From: a virus
Reading direction: 5' to 3' (one strand)
IMG/VR virus record: IMGVR_UViG_3300042562_002450
Coordinates: 64,001-128,000 of that record
Length of the DNA stretch: 64,000 nt
Positions 8,928 to 18,438 of this stretch are shown here, in pieces. Under the pieces are notes generated by a model. That model was not told the DNA's origin, did not search any database, and saw only the letters and a list, made by a program, of their open reading frames with translations. The position numbers and the translations under genes were made by a program. The stretch's first letter is position 1; every line of letters begins with the position of its first letter.

Positions 8928-11900
8928 ATGGCTAAAAAAATAGCAGATCTAATCAGAAAGACAACCCCACTAGAATCAGAAGATCTCTTTTTGGTTTCGA
9001 CCTCTGTTGGATCTAGATCAATAAAAGCTCTAGATATGACGGGCACACTTCAAGGTCCAGTTGGCTCACAAGGTCCAGCTGGTGAAGTTGGCTCACAAGG
9101 CATTCAAGGTATCCAGGGAGTCCAAGGAGATAAAGGTGATCAGGGTGAACAAGGCATCCAGGGTATTCAGGGTGAAACTGGAGTTCAAGGACCAGAAGGT
9201 CAAGTTGGTCCTCAGGGCATAGAAGGTCTTCAAGGTCCTGCAGGCGCTGATGGTGCCGATGGTTCTCAAGGTGAACAAGGAGTTCAGGGGATTCAGGGAG
9301 AAGCTGGACCACAAGGTGTTCAAGGTGTTGCTGGAGCTGATGGAACAACTGGCGCTCAAGGTGATCAAGGATTACAAGGTCAAGTCGGCTTAAAAGGTGA
9401 TCAGGGAGAAATCGGATCTCAAGGTACTCAAGGTATCCAAGGCGAAGTTGGCTCTCAAGGAATTCAGGGTATTCAAGGAGTTCAGGGAGATAAAGGCGAT
9501 AAGGGAGATCAAGGAATACAAGGTATTCAAGGACCACAAGGTATCCAAGGTATTCATGGTGAAACTGGTGCTCAAGGACCAGAGGGTCAAGTTGGACCTC
9601 AGGGTATCCAAGGAGAAGTTGGGCCACAAGGCGAACAAGGTTCTCAAGGGATTCAAGGAATCCAAGGAATCCAGGGAGAGATCGGATCTCAAGGTTTGAA
9701 AGGTGACCAAGGAGAAACTGGTTCACAAGGACTTCAAGGCGAGCAAGGCATCCAAGGTATTCAAGGAATACAAGGCGAACAAGGGATTGAAGGAATTCAA
9801 GGAATACAAGGCGAGCAAGGCTTAGTTGGTCTTCAAGGAATCCAAGGCGAAAAAGGAGACAAAGGCGATCAGGGAATTCAAGGGTTCACTGGTCAAGATG
9901 GTACATCTTTTTCAATTGCTAAAATTTACTCCTCTTTAGCTCAGCTTCAATCTGATTCTTTACCTGGAATACAGAGTGGAGAATTCGCAATAATTAGTAC
10001 ATTAGATGAAAATGATACAGACAATTCAAAACTATTTGTCTGGAATGGATCTCAATATAATTTTGTTACAGATTTAAGTGGAGCCGTTGGTATTCAAGGA
10101 CCTCAGGGAACTCAAGGAATTCAAGGCGAAAAAGGTAACAAAGGTGATCAAGGTGAGCAAGGACTAATCGGCTTGCAAGGAATACAAGGTACTCAAGGAA
10201 ACCAAGGTGAAATTGGTCCTCAAGGCTTAGAAGGTATTCAGGGAATACAAGGAATTCAAGGAGCAGAAGGTTCTCAAGGCTCTCAGGGCTTACAAGGATT
10301 ACAGGGAATTCAAGGAGAAGTTGGCTCACAAGGAGCTCAAGGTATCCAGGGTGAACAAGGTATCCAAGGCTCTCAAGGCGAAAAAGGTGATAAAGGCGAC
10401 CAAGGCGAAATTGGTCTTCAAGGACTTCAAGGAGTTCAAGGCGAAGTTGGAACTGAAGGATCCCAAGGGATTCAAGGTATTCAAGGAGAGCAAGGTCTTC
10501 AAGGAATAGAAGGTCCACAAGGTTTACAGGGAGAACAAGGTCTTCCAGGTGAAACTGGTCCTGAAGGTCTTATGGGTGAAGGTGGTCCTATGGGTGAAGC
10601 TGGACCTCAAGGAGCTCAAGGCATTCAAGGCAATACTGGTGATACAGGTATTGCAGGTGCTGGAGTAACCACATCTAATCTAGTTCAAGGAGAAACATTA
10701 AGCATAGGAAATCTTGCATATGTGTCATCCGGTACAGGTAACGATTCCACAAGAATCGCTGGTGCATTATATAAACTAGATTTATCAAACTCGGCTAGAA
10801 ATAAATTTGCTGGAATTGTTCTTAACTATGACAACACAAGTCCTCACTTTAGTGAGGATTTTTCTAGTGGAAACTTTACAAATAATGGCTGGACAGAAGT
10901 AAACGGGACTCAAGCAAACAAATGGCATGTAGGTTCTGCAACATTTAATTCATCTAGCTATTCCGCATACATATCTAGCAATGGTGGAGTTTCCAACACA
11001 TACAACACAGGTATTGCATCAGCTGTATATTTTTATAAAGATATATTCGTACTCAATTCTGCAAATCCTGTTCAGTTAAGATATTCCATAAGAGCAACGG
11101 GAGAGTATACCTCATTACCATATGACTACGGTATGATTCTAATAGACCCAAATTTAACAACCGTTCCAGTAGCAGGTACACCAATATTGTTAGCACCATC
11201 TGGGGGAACTAGAACCTTGCTTTCTCCCTCAACATCTTGGTCACAAAGAACAATTAGCGTAAACGCATATAAAAATACGACTATTCGTTTAATCTTTGGA
11301 TGGGTCAATGATCCTAGTCTCGGGGCAAATCCCCCAATTGCTATAGATGATATTAGAATAGAAGATATACCTACCGCAACCATACAAAGCTCTGGATTGT
11401 TCAGTCAAGCAACTGGTTTAGTAACTGGTAGTTATTACTATCCATCAGCTACTGCTGGGGCTTATTTAAACTCAGTACCTACATCTATTGCCTCCCCTAT
11501 TGGATTAGCTATATCTGCCACGGAGATGATAATAAATCCACCAGCAAATAATTCGCCATCCTTAGTACCTTCAGGCACAGTAATGGCTTATGCGCCGTCA
11601 TCCACGCCTACTGGATACTTACTTTGTACTGGTCAAGCCGTAAGTAGAGCAACTTACTATAGTCTATATTCAGCAATTGGTATTCAATATGGTCAGGGTG
11701 ATGGCAGTACAACTTTTAACGTACCAGACTACCAAGGTATGTTTTTAAGAGGACGAGTAACAACAGCAGCATCTGTTACTGGAACTGGAACACCCGCAAC
11801 TAACAATGCAACCTTTACTTCTCATGGTATCAACAGGAATGGATTTAAAGTTAGATTCACAAGTGTTGGGACCTTAACTGGCGTGGTTATTAATACTGAT

Positions 11901-12293
11901 TATTACGCTATAGTTGTTGATTCAAGCACATTAGCATTTGCAGCAACTTTAGCAAATGCTGTTGCGGCAACTCCAACTAAAATTATCTTAGGTGGGACAA
12001 ACAATGCTGTGATTGCTCAGTGGGAAGATCCAGATGCATCATTAAGATCAGTTTTTGCAACTGGCGCAAATGGCGGAATGTCAGCAGGATCTTTTCAAGC
12101 TGATGATTTTGCACTACATACTCATACTGCTGAAATTCCCGCAACTTCATACACCGCTGCTCTGGCTGGAGTATCTAATAGTGTTGGTGGAGCTAACCTA
12201 ACTGGAACTCAAGTATCGAACGTATTAGGAAGCACTGGTGGATATGAAACTCGCCCTAGAAACATATCTATAAACTATATTATTAAAACCTAG
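8928..12293 (+). CDS. Collagen-like tail fibre with tail-collar domain
   Basis: Two Gly-X-Y blocks. Tail-collar motif VPSGTVMAY...GYLLCTGQAVSRATY...GDGSTTFNVPDYQGMFLRG. Typical fibre end ETRPRNISINYIIK. Confidence 0.9.
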   Translation: MAKKIADLIRKTTPLESEDLFLVSTSVGSRSIKALDMTGTLQGPVGSQGPAGEVGSQGIQGIQGVQGDKGDQGEQGIQGIQGETGVQGPEGQVGPQGIEGLQGPAGADGADGSQGEQGVQGIQGEAGPQGVQGVAGADGTTGAQGDQGLQGQVGLKGDQGEIGSQGTQGIQGEVGSQGIQGIQGVQGDKGDKGDQGIQGIQGPQGIQGIHGETGAQGPEGQVGPQGIQGEVGPQGEQGSQGIQGIQGIQGEIGSQGLKGDQGETGSQGLQGEQGIQGIQGIQGEQGIEGIQGIQGEQGLVGLQGIQGEKGDKGDQGIQGFTGQDGTSFSIAKIYSSLAQLQSDSLPGIQSGEFAIISTLDENDTDNSKLFVWNGSQYNFVTDLSGAVGIQGPQGTQGIQGEKGNKGDQGEQGLIGLQGIQGTQGNQGEIGPQGLEGIQGIQGIQGAEGSQGSQGLQGLQGIQGEVGSQGAQGIQGEQGIQGSQGEKGDKGDQGEIGLQGLQGVQGEVGTEGSQGIQGIQGEQGLQGIEGPQGLQGEQGLPGETGPEGLMGEGGPMGEAGPQGAQGIQGNTGDTGIAGAGVTTSNLVQGETLSIGNLAYVSSGTGNDSTRIAGALYKLDLSNSARNKFAGIVLNYDNTSPHFSEDFSSGNFTNNGWTEVNGTQANKWHVGSATFNSSSYSAYISSNGGVSNTYNTGIASAVYFYKDIFVLNSANPVQLRYSIRATGEYTSLPYDYGMILIDPNLTTVPVAGTPILLAPSGGTRTLLSPSTSWSQRTISVNAYKNTTIRLIFGWVNDPSLGANPPIAIDDIRIEDIPTATIQSSGLFSQATGLVTGSYYYPSATAGAYLNSVPTSIASPIGLAISATEMIINPPANNSPSLVPSGTVMAYAPSSTPTGYLLCTGQAVSRATYYSLYSAIGIQYGQGDGSTTFNVPDYQGMFLRGRVTTAASVTGTGTPATNNATFTSHGINRNGFKVRFTSVGTLTGVVINTDYYAIVVDSSTLAFAATLANAVAATPTKIILGGTNNAVIAQWEDPDASLRSVFATGANGGMSAGSFQADDFALHTHTAEIPATSYTAALAGVSNSVGGANLTGTQVSNVLGSTGGYETRPRNISINYIIKT
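9054..10655 (+). repeat. Collagen Gly-X-Y repeats (~94 triplets at 9054-9899, ~64 at 10080-10655)
   Basis: GGN-NNN-CAR periodicity; the two blocks are separated by a ~60 aa globular insert. Confidence 0.95.
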
Positions 12294-12300
12294 GACAAAT

Positions 12301-12459
12301 ATGACATTTCATAAATACGACATCGACACTAAACTATATATAGAATCAGTTGAAACAGAAGAACAGCCAGAAAACTCTGTGTCAGGTATTCTTCCAGAGA
12401 TGACAGACTTGTATGCTTTGGCTTTTATAGAAAATGAATGGGTTTCTGTTTTAAAATAA
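12301..12459 (+). CDS. Small tail fibre assembly (Tfa-like) chaperone, not in ORF track
   Basis: 52 aa MTFHKYDIDTKLYIESVETEEQPENSVSGILPEMTDLYALAFIENEWVSVLK. The YDxxTxxY...PxNS...P...F...W pattern and position directly after the tail-collar fibre fit Tfa-like proteins. Confidence 0.7.
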   Translation: MTFHKYDIDTKLYIESVETEEQPENSVSGILPEMTDLYALAFIENEWVSVLK

Positions 12460-12464
12460 TAAAT

Positions 12465-12491
12465 AAAAGGGGTGTTTAATGCACCCCTTTT
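12465..12491. terminator. Rho-independent terminator (potentially bidirectional)
   Basis: AAAAGGGGTG-TTTAATG-CACCCCTTTT hairpin right after the Tfa-like ORF. Confidence 0.8.
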
Positions 12492-12707
12492 GTTTAATCC
12501 TCAAACAAATATAATATAAAAATATTTTTTTTTTAAAAATTGCATAAACTTTTTTTTTAAAGTTTTAAACTTATTTTTATTTTAATTTATTGTATAGTAT
12601 ATTGCTTACATCTTTTGTTAAAACTATTTTATTATTTTGGATACAAAAAAATAAATATGTTAGAATTCTCTCTGGTGATATGTAGAAAAACACAATAGGA
12701 GAGAATA

Positions 12708-15700
12708 ATGTCATTACAAATTAAAAAGAAAAATCTTGGCAGCAATGAAGTAGATGGTTCAAAAATCTTACTTGCTCAAGGCCAAGCCATTAGAGGTTTC
12801 GACCAAAATGGAATTGAAAAAGACTTAATCGAATTCGGTGAGTCTGGTGAAATTTTAGTAAATGGTTCAGAGGTTACTTACAAGTCAGTAACGGATGTTA
12901 TTGAATCAGATCTTTCTAACGAAGTTGCTCGTGCAATCTCTGAGGAAGAAGCGCTCCTAGAAGAAATTAATTTAGGAATGAGAGTATCGAATGATCGTTG
13001 GGCTGCAACTCAAGCTGCAGATACCGCTATTCGTTCAGAATTTGCTGCTGCTGATAGTGTTGAACAATCAGCTCGTATTGCAGGAGATGAAACAGCTCAA
13101 GCGAATCTAGTTTCTGCTGAGGCAGGTCTCATACAACTAGTTGAAAGTGAAGAGCTTAGAGCATCAGATGCTGAAATTCTTATCGCAGGTAGAATAGATC
13201 AAGAAATCTTTGATCGCGTTGCAGGTGATGTTTCTACTTTAGCTGAGTCAAAGTCTTACACTGATGGGAAAGTTAGTCTTGTTTTAAGTAACCTAGATTC
13301 AACTGCTCTAGATTCATTAGTCGAAGTTGTTGGTGCTTTCCAACAAGCTGACCAAGATCTAAATAATGCAATCTCAGGTCTTGCAACTCAACTTGATGTG
13401 AGAATTGATCAAGTTGATATAGATGTTGATTCATTGGAAATGAGAATGCTTTCTGCTGAAGGCAATATCTCCAATGAAGTATCAAGAGCAACTTCTGAAG
13501 AGCTTCTTCTTAAATCAAGAGTTACTACTGCAGAACAAGATGTTGATTCTTTAGAGATGAGAATGCTTTCTGCGGAAGGTAACATTTCTAACGAAGTATC
13601 AAGAGCGACCTCTGAAGAGTTGCTACTTAAGTCTCGCGCTACTACCTCAGAGCAAGACATTGATTCTTTAGAAATGCGTATGCTTTCTTCTGAAGGAAAT
13701 ATTTCTAACGAAATTTCTCGTGCAACTTCTGAAGAATTACTTATTCGTTCTGATTTTGCTACTGCTGATGCTGCTAAGTTAGTTGAAGCAAAAGCATACA
13801 CAGACGCTCAGATTGCTACTATACCGGAAGTTGATCTTTCTGGCTTAGAGACTAGAGTATCAAATGCTGAAAGCGATATTGTTGCTCTGGAAGTTTATTC
13901 TAAAAATATTGTGCATGTTGATGCTGTTAACGGTATAGATGAAATCGGTCGCGGTTCATTACTTCGTCCATTTAAAACTATCAACTTTGCTTATTCACAA
14001 GTTCCGTCACTCGGAAACCCTTCAAACACTTCGTACAACGCTAACGTTGGAAAATTTGTTACTGAAAAACTAATTATTAACCTTGCTCCGGGTCGATATA
14101 CTGAGAACGTAGTTCTCGGATTTAAAAGAGCAAGAGTTCAATTAAAAGGTGACGGTGCAACTATTATTGGTGATGTTAAAACATCAGTAAAACTTGCCGA
14201 CTTTCCATGTGCTGCTTTAGAAAATATGAAAGCTAGTTTTCCTGCACCATTCACTGGTGTTTCAGCTTTCATGAATATCGAAATTTCGGGAAATGCTGGC
14301 GGAGGTCTTGAGTCAGACCCTACATCTAGTGTCTTTACCATTACCGGTCAAGCTTCTTTAGCTTTCGAAGAATCAACAGTAGCTGGTTTCGGTACAGGTC
14401 TTAACTGGGATAGTTCTCATGGTCAGTTCTATGCTAACCTTGATAGTGCTTCAGTTGGTAACTGGGTAGTTACCTCAAGCTATACAGCAAACATGGCAAG
14501 AGCTTTACCTAGTGGTGTAATTGAAGTTGATTCTTGTAACATTGCTTCTTCAACTACTTACAGAATGTTCTTCGGTGCTGTTCCTTATTCTTACTTAACA
14601 GATTTCGCTACATGGAACGTTGCTAGTAAGGGTACAGTAAACAAGGCTCCGAATTCAGGTCTTACACTTAAGGCGCACAATTCGACATTTGGTAACGTTA
14701 TCGGCCCTGCTTTAACTCTTGGTGAAATAGACGGTTGTAGAATTTACGATATTGATAGAACGATGAGAGGCACAGTTGATAACGGTTCAATCATCGGATC
14801 TACATCAACTTCTTATCTTGGTTTTGTTAATAACCAATTTAGAATTTTCTCTGGTTCAGGTGATCTTGCGTCTTTTTACAAACTTGGTCAAGCGGTAGGT
14901 GCTACTCGCTATAAGATGGATTCTGTCTCTCATACAACAATGTCTTTCAACAGAAGTTCATCAGGTGTATTAACTGCTAGAGCTTTAGATCTAGGAGCAG
15001 GAGTAAGCTTTGACTTCTTGGATGATGCACGCAGTATTTCTGTTGCTGATCCTGCTACCAACTACACAAGAACTGCAAGCACTGTAGACGCTTCTCTTGA
15101 AGGTATTGATACTGCTCTAGGTCTCAAAGCTAGTTCAGCATCTGTAATTGCCGGAAATGCTTCTAGTTTAGTTGAAGCTAAAGCTTATACAGATACTCAA
15201 ATTGCTGCTATTCCAAGTGTAGACCTTTCTTCTTATGAAACAATTGCAAATGTTGATTCAAAAGATGCTGCTAAACTTGTTGAAGCAAAAGCTTATGCAG
15301 ATCAGGTTTCATCTTTAGCTCAAGATAACGCTGAAGACTATACCGATTCTCAAATTGCTGCAATTCCAGCTGTTGATTTGTCTAACTACTATATTACATC
15401 AGAAGTAGATGAATTAATCGCAGGACAAGAAGCTTATTCTGATGAAGTTGCTGATAATACTCTAACAGCTTCTATCGAAGCTTCTAAAGCTTATGCCGAT
15501 GCGACTTTTGCACTAATAACAGATGTTGTATCTATTGATCAATCTCTAATGGCTGCGCAAGAAGAGACTGCTTTACTTCGTTCCGAGGCATTTGAAGCTA
15601 TTGGTACGGAGAATCTTAGAGCCTTTGCAGCTGAAGCTTCTCTTCAAAGCCAAATAACAAATGTTCTTTCAAATGTTGATGGAGCTGCTCTTGACTCATT

Positions 15701-16448
15701 GACTGAAATCGTATCAGCTTTTCAAGCTGCCGATTCAACTCTGAACGGAGCTATCACAAGCTTAGCTTCTTCTGCTTCTTCTGCTATAAGCACTGAACAG
15801 GCTGCTCGTATTGCTGCTGACTCTGCACTTCAAGGTGAAATTGATGCTGAAGAAGTTGCTCGTGCTGCGGCTGATACAACTCTTCAAAACAACATTAGCT
15901 CTGAAGCTTCTATTAGAGCAAGTGCAATTTCTTCTGTTCAATCAGCTGTTGATGCTGAAGAAACTAGAGCTATGGGTGTTGAAGCTCAGCTTCAATCTGA
16001 CCATGATGATCTTGATGGATATGCTCAAGATATTCGCTCTGATGTTGACGACTTGGATGGATACGCTCAGGATATTCGTTCTGATCTAGATAGCGAGATT
16101 TCTCGTGCTCAAGCAGCCGAGTCTTCAATCTCTTCAGCCTTGTCAGCCTTATCTGCAAGCCATGACTCAAGACTTGATGTACTTGAAGCACAAACAGATG
16201 GTCCATCTTTCCATAAAATGAAAATTGAAATTAGCACAAATCTTGTTTATGTTGAGCTTGCTCATCAAGCAATTGCTAACTCAATCGTAGTTTCTGTTGG
16301 TCGATTGATGGCTCACAAAGATGAAGACTTTACTGTTTCTGTTGTCGGTGGTGTAACACACCTCACTTGGATTGGCTCTATGGTCAGCCCAGATGGTGTT
16401 GAAGCAATCGAAAGCGGCGATAAAGTTTTTGTAACTTACGCTTACTAA
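12708..16448 (+). CDS. Large coiled-coil fibre with central beta-helix-like (depolymerase/receptor-binding) insert
   Basis: 1246 aa after GGAG RBS. Shares modules with 6064-8913. VHVDAVNG...GSLLRPFKTI...INLAPGRYTENV is the typical entry to pectin-lyase-like beta-helices. Confidence 0.75.
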   Translation: MSLQIKKKNLGSNEVDGSKILLAQGQAIRGFDQNGIEKDLIEFGESGEILVNGSEVTYKSVTDVIESDLSNEVARAISEEEALLEEINLGMRVSNDRWAATQAADTAIRSEFAAADSVEQSARIAGDETAQANLVSAEAGLIQLVESEELRASDAEILIAGRIDQEIFDRVAGDVSTLAESKSYTDGKVSLVLSNLDSTALDSLVEVVGAFQQADQDLNNAISGLATQLDVRIDQVDIDVDSLEMRMLSAEGNISNEVSRATSEELLLKSRVTTAEQDVDSLEMRMLSAEGNISNEVSRATSEELLLKSRATTSEQDIDSLEMRMLSSEGNISNEISRATSEELLIRSDFATADAAKLVEAKAYTDAQIATIPEVDLSGLETRVSNAESDIVALEVYSKNIVHVDAVNGIDEIGRGSLLRPFKTINFAYSQVPSLGNPSNTSYNANVGKFVTEKLIINLAPGRYTENVVLGFKRARVQLKGDGATIIGDVKTSVKLADFPCAALENMKASFPAPFTGVSAFMNIEISGNAGGGLESDPTSSVFTITGQASLAFEESTVAGFGTGLNWDSSHGQFYANLDSASVGNWVVTSSYTANMARALPSGVIEVDSCNIASSTTYRMFFGAVPYSYLTDFATWNVASKGTVNKAPNSGLTLKAHNSTFGNVIGPALTLGEIDGCRIYDIDRTMRGTVDNGSIIGSTSTSYLGFVNNQFRIFSGSGDLASFYKLGQAVGATRYKMDSVSHTTMSFNRSSSGVLTARALDLGAGVSFDFLDDARSISVADPATNYTRTASTVDASLEGIDTALGLKASSASVIAGNASSLVEAKAYTDTQIAAIPSVDLSSYETIANVDSKDAAKLVEAKAYADQVSSLAQDNAEDYTDSQIAAIPAVDLSNYYITSEVDELIAGQEAYSDEVADNTLTASIEASKAYADATFALITDVVSIDQSLMAAQEETALLRSEAFEAIGTENLRAFAAEASLQSQITNVLSNVDGAALDSLTEIVSAFQAADSTLNGAITSLASSASSAISTEQAARIAADSALQGEIDAEEVARAAADTTLQNNISSEASIRASAISSVQSAVDAEETRAMGVEAQLQSDHDDLDGYAQDIRSDVDDLDGYAQDIRSDLDSEISRAQAAESSISSALSALSASHDSRLDVLEAQTDGPSFHKMKIEISTNLVYVELAHQAIANSIVVSVGRLMAHKDEDFTVSVVGGVTHLTWIGSMVSPDGVEAIESGDKVFVTYAY
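13422..13750 (+). repeat. 117-nt (39-aa) tandem repeat, about 3 copies
   Basis: DVDSLEMRMLSAEGNISNEVSRATSEELL units start at 13422, 13539 and 13656. Confidence 0.9.
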
Positions 16449-16456
16449 TTAATAAC

Positions 16457-16487
16457 AGTAGCACCGAGTAAAATCGGTGCTACTTTT
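16457..16487 (+). terminator. Rho-independent terminator
   Basis: AGTAGCACCGA-GTAAAA-TCGGTGCTACT followed by T-tract, just after the stop at 16448. Confidence 0.85.
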
Positions 16488-16557
16488 GTTAAGTGTTTTA
16501 AATTAATTATTAAAAATATTTAAGAAGGAAATTAATCCTTCTTTTATGGGAGAGAAA

Positions 16558-18231
16558 ATGGCTATATTTAATGTGCGGAAAAACGGGTCAGGTACGCATA
16601 CTGACATTAAAAGTGCTTACATGGCAGCTTCTTCTGGCGATACAATTGATATCGGAGAAGGAACTTTTACTGAATCAATCGAAGTTCTTAAACAAAACCT
16701 AAGCTTTACAGGAGCGGGGAAAGATCAAACAATCATCCAAGGTAACTATGTGGCGGGCGCTGTATCTCAAGCTGCTGGGTGTTCTTGGACTTCCGGTGAT
16801 AACTTCTTTACCTATACAACTCCGAGTACCGGCGGGGTTTTTGTTCCTTTTGCTGTTGGTATGTCTATTGGTGATACTTCAGCATCTTTAGCTACTCCGG
16901 GCGGGTTCCCTGCTGCTTCTCAGGTTACATCAATAGATGTCGCAAATAAAAAGGTTTATATCAATAAAACTTTTACTGCTACTCAAACAGCTAAAACAGT
17001 AAGACACTACGGTGTTCAGGCAACCTTTGAAGTGAGAGCTTCTGGCTTTTCTATGTCTAACCTAAAGGTTATTGATATGTCAGGAAGTGTTGTTTCTGGT
17101 TCTATTGAATACTCTGCTATATTCCTTGGTTCAAGGACAGTTACTCCCGCATTGAGTAAATACTCTGGTTCACATGCTTCAGGATTTAACATCAATAATT
17201 GCGAGATTGTTGCTGATGGCGACTCTGCTATTCTATCTGAGGGAAATGTCGGTGTTGGTAATGGTACTGTTGATTCTTGTATTATCTCAGGTAAAACATT
17301 TACAGGTCAATACTCACCAGGTACAGGTAACGCAGTAAAAAGTCCCGTTTTCTTTCAATCGGCTAACCTCCCTATTACATTTACAAATAATAAACTAGAT
17401 GTAATCTGTGGTGGTATGACGAATGCAGCTACTCCTATATATGGTGGAAACCAAATTGCGACAATTGATGCTTATGGATCTGTTGTAACTGGTAACCAAT
17501 TTAAAGGTAAAGCTGTTGATCCTTCTGGTTCATTTTTTAATTTGGCTAGTCTTTCTTTAAGAATGAGAGGAGGAGCAGCAACTGTTTCTAGTAACGTAAT
17601 CAAAGGATTTAATGGTTTAGTTACTGGCGGTTATTTGATCCTTCCAACTTATGCAAACCTTGCTGGTAAAACAATACCAGTAGGCGAGGTTGTTACTGTT
17701 TCTAATAGGTACTTTAAATGTACTGTAGAACACCTTTACGCTACAGACAAACATCCAGTCACAGGTACTTCTCCGGTAGCCCACTGGAGTGAGTTAACAG
17801 GAGACATTGCTGCGCTATTAATTGCAAACGGAAAAGCAAACTATCAAGCAAACTCAGGAACAAACATTACCGTAACTGCAGGTCTTGTCTCTGCATCTCA
17901 GCCTTCTGTTGGGCAACCAGTTGCTACAAACCTAGACAAAGCTCAATTAAAACTTGTGCCTAAGGTATCTGGCTCTGTTGCTTTTGCTGATGATACAAGC
18001 TGGGAACTAGTTTCTTGTATTTTCAAAAAAGCTGGTAGTTCTCAGAGAATCGTTATGTCTTTCAGAGATTTTTCTGCTCAAAAACTTGCCAAGCTAAAAG
18101 CTGGTATGGCTGGTGGTGATAATTTTCAATTACACAAAATCATCATCTCTAAGTCAGACAGAAGTTTGCTAGTTCTTAATCGTTCAGATATCGCTGAAGT
18201 TAGTGATAATGATTTTGCTTTAAAGTCTTAA
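16558..18231 (+). CDS. Pectinesterase/pectin-lyase-like beta-helix protein (tailspike/depolymerase candidate)
   Basis: VRKNGSGTHTDIKSAYMAASSGDTIDIGEGTFTESI is a classic beta-helix N-terminal motif; Gly/Ser/Asn-rich repeats follow. Start moved to ATG 16558 behind GGAG. Confidence 0.7.
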   Translation: MAIFNVRKNGSGTHTDIKSAYMAASSGDTIDIGEGTFTESIEVLKQNLSFTGAGKDQTIIQGNYVAGAVSQAAGCSWTSGDNFFTYTTPSTGGVFVPFAVGMSIGDTSASLATPGGFPAASQVTSIDVANKKVYINKTFTATQTAKTVRHYGVQATFEVRASGFSMSNLKVIDMSGSVVSGSIEYSAIFLGSRTVTPALSKYSGSHASGFNINNCEIVADGDSAILSEGNVGVGNGTVDSCIISGKTFTGQYSPGTGNAVKSPVFFQSANLPITFTNNKLDVICGGMTNAATPIYGGNQIATIDAYGSVVTGNQFKGKAVDPSGSFFNLASLSLRMRGGAATVSSNVIKGFNGLVTGGYLILPTYANLAGKTIPVGEVVTVSNRYFKCTVEHLYATDKHPVTGTSPVAHWSELTGDIAALLIANGKANYQANSGTNITVTAGLVSASQPSVGQPVATNLDKAQLKLVPKVSGSVAFADDTSWELVSCIFKKAGSSQRIVMSFRDFSAQKLAKLKAGMAGGDNFQLHKIIISKSDRSLLVLNRSDIAEVSDNDFALKS

Positions 18232-18242
18232 TTTCTTTTGCT

Positions 18243-18266
18243 GCGTAGAGGCGAAAGTCTCTACGC
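18243..18266 (+). terminator. GNRA-capped hairpin, likely terminator
   Basis: GCGTAGAGGC-GAAA-GTCTCTACGC, 12 nt after the stop at 18231. Confidence 0.65.
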
Positions 18267-18438
18267 TTCTAATATGCAGTATAGAAGCATTTTTTAATCC
18301 ATAATCTAAAAATATTTAATATCATTAATTGCTTTTGCAATAGCAATATTCAGTAAATTAAACTATTATATAAATCATACACCATAAAGTGTTTAGATAT
18401 TTAATCCTTAACTTTACATAATATATAGGAAAATAGAA

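Noticed and set aside
9013-10520. Multiple overlapping ORFs in alternative frames and strands across the collagen region
   Set aside because: By-products of the 9-nt periodic repeat; Leu- or Lys-rich low-complexity translations with no RBS.
9054-10655. Idea that the P4H-like oxygenases hydroxylate the collagen fibre
   Set aside because: Prolyl-4-hydroxylation targets Y-position Pro, which is rare here (Y is mostly Gln), and the oxygenases are embedded in the rSAM island. Not excluded, but poorly supported.
12492-12700. Very AT-rich intergenic stretch as a replication origin
   Set aside because: No iterons or DnaA boxes recognised; more simply a promoter region for 12708-16448.
6583-16100. 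Direct repeats as a CRISPR array or DGR template/variable repeat pair
   Set aside because: Repeats are in-frame coding units with synonymous-type variation, no unique spacers and no adenine-specific mismatch pattern; no cas or reverse transcriptase gene is present.
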